Below, piece by piece: positions 6,915 through 15,509 of a DNA stretch of 63,426 bases; the first letter of the stretch is position 1; each line of letters opens with the position of its first letter. The notes under the pieces were generated by a model, which was not told where the DNA came from, made no database searches, and worked only from the letters and a program-made list of their open reading frames with translations. The translations under genes and the position numbers were made by a program. Source of the stretch: Patescibacteria group bacterium UBA4473 (lineage in GTDB: Bacteria > Patescibacteriota > Gracilibacteria > UBA4473); the NCBI GenBank assembly GCA_002389285.1, contig DGOF01000029.1:1-63426 (forward strand). Reading direction: 5' to 3'.

Positions 6915-9900
6915 TTAAGACCGGTAGGTTGGAAGCGTTGGAAGATCGACGGGAATTTTTCGCATCATGTGTTCCACGATGACCTGCATATTGCTTTCTT
7001 GGATCTCGGAGATCATTTGTATGGCTTCTATGTAGGGAAGGGTTATCTTCATAGGTTTATCGGGATGGATACCTCGTTGTGCCATGAAGGTTTTGACCTG
7101 TCCTGCAATTTCCATAAGACGGTCCAAAGGAATGACTTTGAGATCGTAGAGTTCTTTCGCTTCTTTGAAGATGGTGAGAATCGGAAGAAACTGTGATTCA
7201 AAGATCGTAAAGTCTTTCATGACGGCTTGTGCTCTTTTGGATATGGCTTTGATCGGAGGGTTGAAGGCGGCTTCTCTTCTTTTTTCAAAGTCTTCTTTCC
7301 AGTCGTCTTGGTGCTTCATAATGACCCCGGTGGGCTCGTCTGCGTCTTCTCTGGTAATGAGTTCTTTGAAATCAGGACATTGATGGATGAGGCTTATGAT
7401 TTCTGGGTACTTTCGGAGTGGACGCATATGGCTTTGAATAGCTTTTCGAATGGGCTCGGCTTCTTCTGGGGTTATAACAAAGAGCGCTTGCATATCGGTC
7501 CAGTGACGAAGGACCTGCTGGACCGTGTTTTTTCGAATTTTTGTTTTACTTCTGGTTTTCGCTGCTTTTGATTCGCTCCCGTTTTCCGTTTCCTTGATGT
7601 TTTGGGTCGCTTCGTCGAGTGTTTGGACGAGATATTCGAGGCTTGGGTTTTTAAAGGCTTTTTCGTCTTGAAAAGAATCGCGTGAGATGAATTTTTTCTC
7701 TACGCCAAGGGCAAAGAGAGAAGCGTTACGGAGGAACGTCACGGGATTATCTTTGGTGTTTTCGATTTGTGCTTTAAGAAATTCTGTGAGGGATTTGGAG
7801 GCTTTTTCCGAGAGTGTTCCAACGGAGAGTGAATCGTCTTTCGTTCCAAAGTTTGCTTGAAGGAGCTCGGTCCAATTTTCCGTAGCGATGAGTTCTTGTT
7901 GATACTCGTTTATGGATTTCATAACGAGCGGATTCAGTCCCATTTTTCCGAGTTCGGCCATGTGATCAACATGATGCGCGTACTTTTGGGCCTCTTCTCC
8001 ATGGACGGGACAGTGTTTGACGCCACAAACGGGACATCGGTGTTGATAGTTTTTTTTGCTCTCACTGTAGTCGTGCGGTTTGAAGGATACTTGATCGGCG
8101 CGTGCGGAATCGATGAGTTCGCTTAATCGAGCGGATCCAAGATTGGAAATCATGCCTTCAATTTCTTTTTTATAGCCGTTGAGGAATCCACTTCCGATGA
8201 GAAGAGGAATGATAGTTCGAAGACTGTCGGTATATCCGAGGGCGAAGGCATCTCGTACGTAGTGTGCCATAAGCGCTTCGTCGATATTACACGGATGATG
8301 ATTGGTTTGAGGATTGATCGATTTACAAATTTCAATCAAGACCCGATTTGAGAAGGGGAGAAATTCATTTCTTCCTCCGTATTCTCGTGTCAGTGTGGCT
8401 TTTAGTTTGGGGATCAGTGTTTGAACGAGGAAGTGCATTTGGTAGGCACTTTCATCGTCAATCGTTCCGGCGTTGTCAGTGAGTGCAAAATGTCCGGTCA
8501 TGGGGTCACAAAGATGAGCCCAGGCAAGGGATCGAGTCATTTCTTCTGGGGGGAGTCCTTGGAAATCAAGCGATCCTCCCATGGCTAATCGGCTGGCCAT
8601 GGCGGGATTGGCCGCAATAGAGGTTCCGTGTTCGGATCCGACATTTCCCGTAAAGGTGATACAAAACTTATCTCCGACGCGCATCCATTCAGAGGTGATG
8701 GTATTGAAAAACCATCCAATAGGATTTTTTTGAGTTTTTCCCTCTTCTTGTTTTCGTGTTTCAGGGCGCGGTCCGGCGGTTTCGTCATCGGCTGGAATAC
8801 AGTGCAATAAGGAGTGCAAAAAGGTCCAGTTATCGAGTTCCGGGAACTCGTTGATGATAATGGGCGTGTTCTTGATGAGTCCTTGAAGGATATTTCCGTA
8901 GGCAAATCCTCGTTGGGTGGTTTGGCTTTTAAGCACGGTGAGGAGATGGGAGGTCAGATCTTTTTGAGCGGATTTTTTGAGCAGGGCGCGGAGTTCTTCA
9001 ATACTGGCCCCTCCTTCGGAAAGAGTTTGTTCTGTGAGTTCGAAATGTTTTTCAAAAAAATCAGGATCTTGTGCTACGAGTATTTCTATTTGGGGTTTGT
9101 CTAGCTGATCGATCATGCTGGTATGGGCCATGGCTTGTTCCGCCATGGTTTGATCTCCGATCGTGGGTCGGGCCATAAGTGTAAAGGACGATTGTCCGGG
9201 ATCGATATCGATCGAAATGGGTTCGATACCATGCATTCGAAAATATTCTTGGAGGAGGCTGGTTTTTCCTTCTCCGGGAGGGCCGGTCAGCGTGGGGCCT
9301 ACGACGTGTCTTCGATCGGCTCCGTAAATACGGCCGTGAAGATTATTGAGATGTTGGATAACGGTTTCACTTTCATGAATCGATCGGTGGTTTTGTGCAT
9401 CGCCAATACATTTCATATGTTCTTGTCGTTGGTGGGCCATGCGTACGCTTTCATCCTGCCATACGGAATAGAGGCGTTCTTTGAGTCCGGTTTCTTGTTC
9501 GAGAAGTCCACCATCGGTTCGTTGAACTTGATTGAGAAATTGAGCCCCTCCTGGCATCGAACTTCCTATTTCTGTTTGCAAATATTGCTTGAGAATACGA
9601 CGTTGTTCCGCTTGGTCTTGTTGGTTTTGGAGGAGGTTTTCTTGGAGGGCATTGAAATTTGCAAGAGTCGCTGGACAGTATCCTGTCGTGAGATTCTCAT
9701 CGGGTTGATGTGCGAAGCTATAGATTCTTTCGGCTTGATGCGATATTTGATCGCCATAGGCCGTTACAGTGGTACGGATATCGTCTTCGATTCGTACTTG
9801 TGTTGCGTCCATGAGCTCTCTTTGACCGGCAAAGGCTGGCATCTCTCGGAGTGGGTTACTGGCCGCGTGCGTGAGCATCTGAGCGTTTGTCGTGAGCATT

Positions 9901-10112
9901 CTCACGATAAAATCAGCTTGATCATCTGGAAGTTCTTCGGGGACAGCGGGATTCGTGAGAAGTGTTTGGCTTACACGATCTGAAAAACAATCCGCCAGAT
10001 CATGGAGGTAGGCGAGCGGGTCTTTGTGGAGTTTTTCTTGTGCGGCTTGAAGACCTTCTGGCGTTTTGAAATCGATAGCTTTAGTCGTCATAAGATGAAT
10101 ATTATTTACCAT
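6915..10112 (-). CDS. Large AAA+ ATPase, MoxR/AAA_5 (CbbQ/NorQ-like) core, with long N- and C-terminal helical extensions and a CxxC..CxxH zinc knuckle
   Basis: 1065 aa. Walker A is GPTLTGPPGEGKTSLL (GPPGEGKT at 9284-9261). The Walker B-like segment GNILQGLIKNTPIIINEFPELD is at 8864-8847. ITFTGNVGSEHG...NPAMASRL looks like the sensor-1/Arg region. CPVCGVKHCPVHGEE forms the zinc knuckle. The gene starts 6 nt after the RT stop. Confidence 0.75.
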   Translation of the reverse strand: MVNNIHLMTTKAIDFKTPEGLQAAQEKLHKDPLAYLHDLADCFSDRVSQTLLTNPAVPEELPDDQADFIVRMLTTNAQMLTHAASNPLREMPAFAGQRELMDATQVRIEDDIRTTVTAYGDQISHQAERIYSFAHQPDENLTTGYCPATLANFNALQENLLQNQQDQAEQRRILKQYLQTEIGSSMPGGAQFLNQVQRTDGGLLEQETGLKERLYSVWQDESVRMAHQRQEHMKCIGDAQNHRSIHESETVIQHLNNLHGRIYGADRRHVVGPTLTGPPGEGKTSLLQEYFRMHGIEPISIDIDPGQSSFTLMARPTIGDQTMAEQAMAHTSMIDQLDKPQIEILVAQDPDFFEKHFELTEQTLSEGGASIEELRALLKKSAQKDLTSHLLTVLKSQTTQRGFAYGNILQGLIKNTPIIINEFPELDNWTFLHSLLHCIPADDETAGPRPETRKQEEGKTQKNPIGWFFNTITSEWMRVGDKFCITFTGNVGSEHGTSIAANPAMASRLAMGGSLDFQGLPPEEMTRSLAWAHLCDPMTGHFALTDNAGTIDDESAYQMHFLVQTLIPKLKATLTREYGGRNEFLPFSNRVLIEICKSINPQTNHHPCNIDEALMAHYVRDAFALGYTDSLRTIIPLLIGSGFLNGYKKEIEGMISNLGSARLSELIDSARADQVSFKPHDYSESKKNYQHRCPVCGVKHCPVHGEEAQKYAHHVDHMAELGKMGLNPLVMKSINEYQQELIATENWTELLQANFGTKDDSLSVGTLSEKASKSLTEFLKAQIENTKDNPVTFLRNASLFALGVEKKFISRDSFQDEKAFKNPSLEYLVQTLDEATQNIKETENGSESKAAKTRSKTKIRKNTVQQVLRHWTDMQALFVITPEEAEPIRKAIQSHMRPLRKYPEIISLIHQCPDFKELITREDADEPTGVIMKHQDDWKEDFEKRREAAFNPPIKAISKRAQAVMKDFTIFESQFLPILTIFKEAKELYDLKVIPLDRLMEIAGQVKTFMAQRGIHPDKPMKITLPYIEAIQMISEIQESNMQVIVEHMMRKIPVDLPTLPTYRS

Positions 10113-10118
10113 AAAAGA

Positions 10119-11906
10119 TTATTTTTTCTCCTTAAAACCAGGAAGATTGATGAAATTACTTTTTTTGTCTTTTGTATGTTTTTGTTTTTTGGGGACGGGA
10201 GCAAGGACTTTGGTGACTTCTTTTTCTGCATCCCAGAACAAATAACGCGTTCCACGGAGGATGGCATAAAGACTCGTGTCACCTCGTTCTTCCGCTTGAC
10301 CTTTTATGGCTTCACAAAGTCGTTCCCAGGCTTCTCGATTAAGTTTGAGGGTCAGGAGTGATTCTCCTTGGGCATCAGACTCATCTTCATTTTCTATAAC
10401 ATCTTCCTTGTTGAAAACCGTGAGTTCTACAAACGCAATGAGTTGGTAGAGGCTTGTTTCAAACAGGGCTCGTATTTCTTCTTCGGAAAGATCGTCATTA
10501 TCTTCGATCGATTCGGCGATGTTTGCGATTTGATCCGAGAGTTCAAATTCTACAAGAGTTTCATCTTTGTTAATGGTCTCTTCCATTTCGAGGAGAGAGG
10601 ATTTGGCTTCGTCGATTTTTGCGGTGAGTTCTTCGGGGGTGATATTTCGTTTTTCACAGAGCGTTGCTTGACGTTTTTGGGTGAAGACTTCTTTATCGGC
10701 ATCAACATAGTCGACCTGTTCTTGCATTTTCATTGCCTGGTTTGAAAACCATCCAGAAGCACTGGCGGGGAGGATGTCTCCGAATTTCTCCAAAAATTGT
10801 CGCCAGGCATGCGCCATGCGATCAGGAAGGACATAGAGGTCATCTTTGATCGTATCGCCTCCTATACGGGCAATGTGATGGGCGTGAGCGAATTTTCCAA
10901 GAATAGATGCGACTTCTTTGTGTTCTAAGAATTCGGCTTGTGTTGTCGGTAGAGCGTCTCCACGAAGATTATTATGATCGATGAGTGCATGCATTTGAGA
11001 AGCCCAGGTTTTGGCGCGGGAATGTGGAATACGAAATCGTAATTTTTTGTCGCTTTTTTTATCGGCGGGGAGGAGATCTACGCCCCAAATTCGATACTTT
11101 TTGTCGTTTTCTTTGTAGTGGGTTTTGTGCGGTGCGGCTTGAAATCCAAAAGATTTGAGGATACTTATGACGAGATGTCGGAATTCTTCGGGGATGTGTT
11201 CACTTCCCAAGATCATAATATCATCGGCATAGCGTCCGTAGGTGAGGTTTCCATCTATTCCCGCTTCTTTAGCTTTTTTTTGAATGATCCGATCAAAGGA
11301 GCTGCTGGCGACCATGTTCGAAAGGGTCGGGGAAGAGGGTGCTCCTTGGGGGAGGCGTTCTTCGAGACAGCAGAGCTCGGTGATGAGTTCGGCGAGTTCT
11401 TGGACGAGTTCGGTCGTGAGTTTGGGGCCTTTGTTCCAATTGTGAAGTATGCGATAGAGAAAATGATAGACTTCTTCTTGTACTTGATCTCGATTTACAC
11501 TGGGAAAAAAGTCGGTGATGTCGGTTTCAAAACAGGCATCCACGTTTTGATCTCGTTCTTCAAAGGTATCTATCATACTTCGAAGTCCGGTGTAGGCGGA
11601 TTGTCCGGCGCGAAATCCAAAAGAGGCCTCACTGAGGGTTGCTTTTCGAAGTAGGTCTTGGATGCGTCGTTGAACAAATTTAAGCGCCTCACTGGGGGCT
11701 TCAATGGTTCGTGTTTTTCCGGGTCCTTTGGGAATTTCAAATATTCGATAGTTTTTTCCTGAATCTCCCTGGTTGTTTTCAAGGGCTTGTACGACCAAAG
11801 GGGCGATGCTTGGAATACCATCGTTTCTAAACGTTGCTTTGTCGAGGGCCTCAAGGGCTTGTTGTGACGGAACACCAATGGATTGTTGTGATGATTTTCG
11901 AGGCAT
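10119..11906 (-). CDS. Stand-alone reverse transcriptase (retron/Abi/UG-like catalytic core) with a ~300-aa acidic helical C-terminal extension
   Basis: 595 aa. RT motifs: FEIPKGPGKTRTIEAP (RT1), FGFRAGQSAYTG (RT3), ETDITDFFPSVN (RT4/A), LPQGAPSSPTLSNMV (RT5/B), YGRYADDIMILG (RT-C; YADD at 11231-11220), HKTHYKEN...YRIWGVDL (RT6/7). I see no maturase, endonuclease or DGR-type motifs. Confidence 0.85.
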   Translation of the reverse strand: MPRKSSQQSIGVPSQQALEALDKATFRNDGIPSIAPLVVQALENNQGDSGKNYRIFEIPKGPGKTRTIEAPSEALKFVQRRIQDLLRKATLSEASFGFRAGQSAYTGLRSMIDTFEERDQNVDACFETDITDFFPSVNRDQVQEEVYHFLYRILHNWNKGPKLTTELVQELAELITELCCLEERLPQGAPSSPTLSNMVASSSFDRIIQKKAKEAGIDGNLTYGRYADDIMILGSEHIPEEFRHLVISILKSFGFQAAPHKTHYKENDKKYRIWGVDLLPADKKSDKKLRFRIPHSRAKTWASQMHALIDHNNLRGDALPTTQAEFLEHKEVASILGKFAHAHHIARIGGDTIKDDLYVLPDRMAHAWRQFLEKFGDILPASASGWFSNQAMKMQEQVDYVDADKEVFTQKRQATLCEKRNITPEELTAKIDEAKSSLLEMEETINKDETLVEFELSDQIANIAESIEDNDDLSEEEIRALFETSLYQLIAFVELTVFNKEDVIENEDESDAQGESLLTLKLNREAWERLCEAIKGQAEERGDTSLYAILRGTRYLFWDAEKEVTKVLAPVPKKQKHTKDKKSNFINLPGFKEKK

Positions 11907-11989
11907 TATTATTATCGGAAAAAATTAAAAATTACATCTTTTTTATACGTATTTACAAAAAAGTCAAGAGATTCTTAAGAATTAAAATA

Positions 11990-12916
11990 TTATTGCTTTG
12001 CCTTGGCACGTTTTTCTCGGAGATAGCGTGCTGATTTTATGGGTCCTGCGGAAAAAATTCCCTTGATAGATTGTGAGAGGCTGGGGCCTCGGACGATATC
12101 GGCGATGGCTGTTCGAATGTTTTCGGCGAGCTCGTGAGGGTTTTCGGCAAAGTCCGTTTTGTCGCGAAGATTTTCTGGGAGTTGGCTGTGCAGTTCGGAT
12201 TGGGTCCGTGGGGAGGACTCTCGTTCGAAATAGTCTTGTCCTTCTCCTATTTTTAGAATATTCCATCGCTGTTCTATGGCGGATTTATAGAGTTCGGCAA
12301 AGGCGTCTTGGTTCTTGGTGACAATGTTTTCTATTTTTCTTGGATTTTCTGCGTGTTTCATGCGCGTATCTCCTGTATAAGAAAGTCCGGCAATGGTTAT
12401 AAACAATTCTTCGGGAGTGAAGTTCCCGGGTAAGAGGAGCAGGGCGGTTGAGAGCGCGTGTTTGAGATTTTTCTGAATCGCCCAGCGAACATCCGTGGTG
12501 GTTTGTAAGATTTCAACCGGTTTTTGGAGGCGTCCGGCACAATAGAGTGTGGTCCATTCGAGAAGATCTTTTTTAAGGTCTTCGATAGAAATGACGCCGT
12601 ATTTTATTTCGCGATATCCGAGGTCGTCTTCAAAATCCACATAGGGGTGATAGTAGATCCCTGCGCCTTGATCTTGAAGTATTTTTAGGACTTTGTGTCC
12701 GAGCATGCGCGCGAGGAGCGAGTAATCTTGAGGATTTTGTGCGAGTTGTAGGTTATGCCAGTCTTTTGTTTCCAGAACTCCCCAAATGAAATCAATCATC
12801 GGTTGGTCATTTTTGTCATAGCCTTCTTGTTCAAAGGCTCCTGATCCGTAGACCATGGCAAAGTCTGGTTTGTATTTCTCTAAAATCGCTTCTGGGTCGA
12901 AACTTAATTTTTTCAT
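11990..12916 (-). CDS. Tam41/Mmp37-family protein (mitochondrial-type phosphatidate cytidylyltransferase homologue)
   Basis: 308 aa. MVYGSGAFEQEGY, PMIDFIWGV, WHNLQLAQNPQDYS, GAGIYYHPYV, IKYGVISIEDL and TLYCAGRLQKPV match the conserved blocks of Tam41/Mmp37 as I recall them. Confidence 0.65.
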   Translation of the reverse strand: MKKLSFDPEAILEKYKPDFAMVYGSGAFEQEGYDKNDQPMIDFIWGVLETKDWHNLQLAQNPQDYSLLARMLGHKVLKILQDQGAGIYYHPYVDFEDDLGYREIKYGVISIEDLKKDLLEWTTLYCAGRLQKPVEILQTTTDVRWAIQKNLKHALSTALLLLPGNFTPEELFITIAGLSYTGDTRMKHAENPRKIENIVTKNQDAFAELYKSAIEQRWNILKIGEGQDYFERESSPRTQSELHSQLPENLRDKTDFAENPHELAENIRTAIADIVRGPSLSQSIKGIFSAGPIKSARYLREKRAKAKQ

Positions 12917-12979
12917 AATATCTCTCTATATTTAAAAAATAGTTTGTCAATTGTGTATGTTTTCACGTAGGATCAAATT

Positions 12980-13486
12980 ATGTTTGAAGAGGGAACCATT
13001 TGGGCTTATCCGACGGATACGAGTTTTGGTCTGGGGGTGCGCATCGATGATGGGGTGATGCTGGATCGTCTTTTTGATCTGAAAGGACGTGAAAAAAATA
13101 AGCCGGTATCTTTGATGGTGAAAAATTTCGAAATGCTGCAGCAGTATGCGAACGTGCCAGAAGATTTAGAAGAAAAGTTTTTTTTCGAAAAGCCGAGAAC
13201 CGTTATATTAAAACCGACAGAGGCCCTGCCTAAATCTGATTATTGGCCAGAGGATAAAGTTGCTTTTCGTATTTGCACAATGCCGGCTGTGGCCGAATAT
13301 ATTGATGTACCAATTACGGCGACTTCAGCGAATCTAAGTGGGGAGTCTCCGATATTTGAAATACAAAAACTAAAAGATCAGTTCTCGGAAGAGCTTAATA
13401 TTTGTTGTATGTTTTCAGAACTTCCAGAGAGAGATCCGTCAGAGATCTATGATTTTACGACGTCGGCAAGATCTCGATTACGCTAG
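12980..13486 (+). CDS. tsaC: L-threonylcarbamoyladenylate synthase (YrdC/TsaC domain)
   Basis: 168 aa with YPTDTSFGLG, KGREKNKPVSLMV and ITATSANLSGESP, the YrdC-family signature blocks. Confidence 0.8.
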   Translation: MFEEGTIWAYPTDTSFGLGVRIDDGVMLDRLFDLKGREKNKPVSLMVKNFEMLQQYANVPEDLEEKFFFEKPRTVILKPTEALPKSDYWPEDKVAFRICTMPAVAEYIDVPITATSANLSGESPIFEIQKLKDQFSEELNICCMFSELPERDPSEIYDFTTSARSRLR

Positions 13487-13961
13487 GATGGGGGAGGAGC
13501 ATTTCCACCATTCCGTTTCCAAAGAGTACGAGGAGTCCAACAATGAGTGCACTGAGAATGACACCCGCTCCAATAAGGAAAAGGGCTTTTCGAAAAGGGA
13601 TCTTGAAAATATCGGCCACAAGTCCACCTGTAAAGGCGCCACTACCGGGGAGCGGAATGGCAACGAGAACCACAAGGGCGATGGCACCGACGCGAGCCAT
13701 ACGTTGAGAATGTTCTCGGCGGGCTTTGTCCAGAACCGTTTCGACAATACGACGAAGAAAAGGAATCTTGCGCATGAACTCAATCACGTATCGAAGGACG
13801 AGGAGATTGAAGGCGGCCAAGAGAATTCCTCCCAGAATAGAAACCAGGACGGCATGGCCCAGAGGAAGGCCAAATAATAAATGTCCAATAGGAATGGATC
13901 CCCTGAGTTCTACCACAGGGGTCATCGACCAGATGAGCGTATAAAGATAATCTTTCCACAT
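13455..13961 (-). CDS. Small multidrug-export-family membrane protein (COG2426-like)
   Basis: 168 aa with about 4 TM helices. TPVVELRGSIPIG and IPLPGSGAFTGGLVA resemble the small multidrug export protein family. Its 3' end overlaps tsaC by 32 nt in convergent orientation. Confidence 0.55.
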   Translation of the reverse strand: MWKDYLYTLIWSMTPVVELRGSIPIGHLLFGLPLGHAVLVSILGGILLAAFNLLVLRYVIEFMRKIPFLRRIVETVLDKARREHSQRMARVGAIALVVLVAIPLPGSGAFTGGLVADIFKIPFRKALFLIGAGVILSALIVGLLVLFGNGMVEMLLPHPSVIEILPTS

Positions 13962-14213
13962 GTCGGGTCTATTATCGGATAATCTGCAGAGAGTGCAACT
14001 TTTTACTTCTGCACTTTTTTTACTGAGTAAAAAAATGAAACAAGAATGGTGTTAGGTCAATCTGAAATAAGGATAAATGATTGTGCAAACACATTTTTTG
14101 TTCTAAATTTTGAATAAGCAGACCGCTCTGCGAGTGAAAAATACACACAAAAACAAATTTTTTGCACACCATGTGCACAAGTTTTTAACAACTACACAAA
14201 AAGAGCTCACCTT

Positions 14214-15149
14214 ATGACTGATAAAAACTGGTTTCACGACCCGGTGCTGAAGAAAGAAATCCTTGATTTCTTGGTGTTTCCTACGGTGGAAACTTTTTTT
14301 GATGGAACGCTTGGGTTGGGAGGACACGCCGAATCAATTTTGGAACACGTTCCCAACCTCAAACATTACGTGGCCTGTGATTTAGATGAACATCATATTG
14401 AGGTCGCTCGGAAGCGTCTTTCTCCCTGGAAAGAAAAATTAAAGATTCATCATGCGAACTTTTCCGAAATAGCTTCTTTGTTGGAGGCGGTTGAGGATCG
14501 AGGGCCTTTGGCGATTTTATTGGATTTGGGTTTGTGTTCGGCGCATGTCGATCAAGCCGATCGAGGATTTTCGTTTCAAGAAGACGGGCCGTTGCATTTT
14601 TGCTTTGATACGTCGGCAAAATTTACAGCTGAAATATGGATTAGCGAAGTTTCTCGTGTGGACCTGACACGTATCTTTCGTCGATATGGAGAACTCTCGA
14701 ATGCGCCGCAGATAGCGCGTAAGATTGTGGAGGTTCGGGCCGAGAAGCCTATTACTACGACGCAGGAGTTGCGCGCAATTGTTGAGTCGGTTACTCATCC
14801 CCAAAATCGAAGGAAAGCGCTGACGTTGGCTTTTCAGGCGATTCGTATTTTTATCAATCAAGAATTAGAGGTGTTAGAAAAAGCTTTGGTCGGTGGAATG
14901 AATATGTTGCAACCGGGGGATCGAATGGGAATAATTTCTTATCACTCATTAGAAGATCGGATCGTGAAACAGTCTTTTGCGCTTAATGCTAAGCCGGTGA
15001 CAGAAGAATCAGAATTTTCATTGCATGAGGAAGTGCAACCGCCCTCGGTAAAACTTTTACGGAAAAAGCCTTTTGAGGCTTCGGCTCAAGAAGTGGCTGA
15101 GAATCCGCGTAGTCGAAGCGCTAAACTTCGTATTATTGAAAAATTATGA
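14214..15149 (+). CDS. rsmH: 16S rRNA (cytosine1402-N4)-methyltransferase RsmH (MraW)
   Basis: 311 aa with HDPVLKKEILDFL, DGTLGLGGHAESIL, SYHSLEDRIVK and ENPRSRSAKLR, the typical RsmH blocks. Confidence 0.9.
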   Translation: MTDKNWFHDPVLKKEILDFLVFPTVETFFDGTLGLGGHAESILEHVPNLKHYVACDLDEHHIEVARKRLSPWKEKLKIHHANFSEIASLLEAVEDRGPLAILLDLGLCSAHVDQADRGFSFQEDGPLHFCFDTSAKFTAEIWISEVSRVDLTRIFRRYGELSNAPQIARKIVEVRAEKPITTTQELRAIVESVTHPQNRRKALTLAFQAIRIFINQELEVLEKALVGGMNMLQPGDRMGIISYHSLEDRIVKQSFALNAKPVTEESEFSLHEEVQPPSVKLLRKKPFEASAQEVAENPRSRSAKLRIIEKL

Positions 15150-15490
15150 ATGTGATTCATCACGATTCCAAGGTGGCAACTTCTGCCCTCACGCGCGCTT
15201 CTTCTAGAAGTGTGCAATGGATTTTTCGTATTGGGGTTGTTGCTATGGTGGTGCTTGGTTTTCTTCACTTATTATTGTTGAACTCTTTGGCGACCCAGGG
15301 ATTTGTTTTGCAGAGTATTAAGCAGGATCGTTTGGCGCTTCAGCAGGAACTCGATGATTGGAATATTACGTTGGCCACGGTGACGAGTTTGTATGCTCTT
15401 CAGAGTTCAGAGCAGGTTCAGGAAATGGATCTTGTGGATCATAAAGATTTTGTAAACTTGCGAGAGGATCGGTTGGCAATGGTGTATTAG
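15146..15490 (+). CDS. FtsL-like small bitopic membrane protein
   Basis: 114 aa with a single TM helix followed by a coiled-coil-like segment. It overlaps the rsmH stop by 4 nt, which is the canonical ftsL position in dcw clusters. Confidence 0.45.
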   Translation: MNVIHHDSKVATSALTRASSRSVQWIFRIGVVAMVVLGFLHLLLLNSLATQGFVLQSIKQDRLALQQELDDWNITLATVTSLYALQSSEQVQEMDLVDHKDFVNLREDRLAMVY

Positions 15491-15509
15491 TTTTTTTTGT
15501 TTAGTTTTT

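Noticed and set aside
3830-11906. Diversity-generating retroelement (TR/VR pairs) or group II intron interpretation of the RT locus
   Set aside because: The RT motif B reads LPQGAPSSP rather than the DGR-type (I/L)GxxxSQ. The repeats are non-coding rather than a TR matched to the 3' end of a target gene. I see no group II intron domain V-like sequence and no maturase or endonuclease domain.
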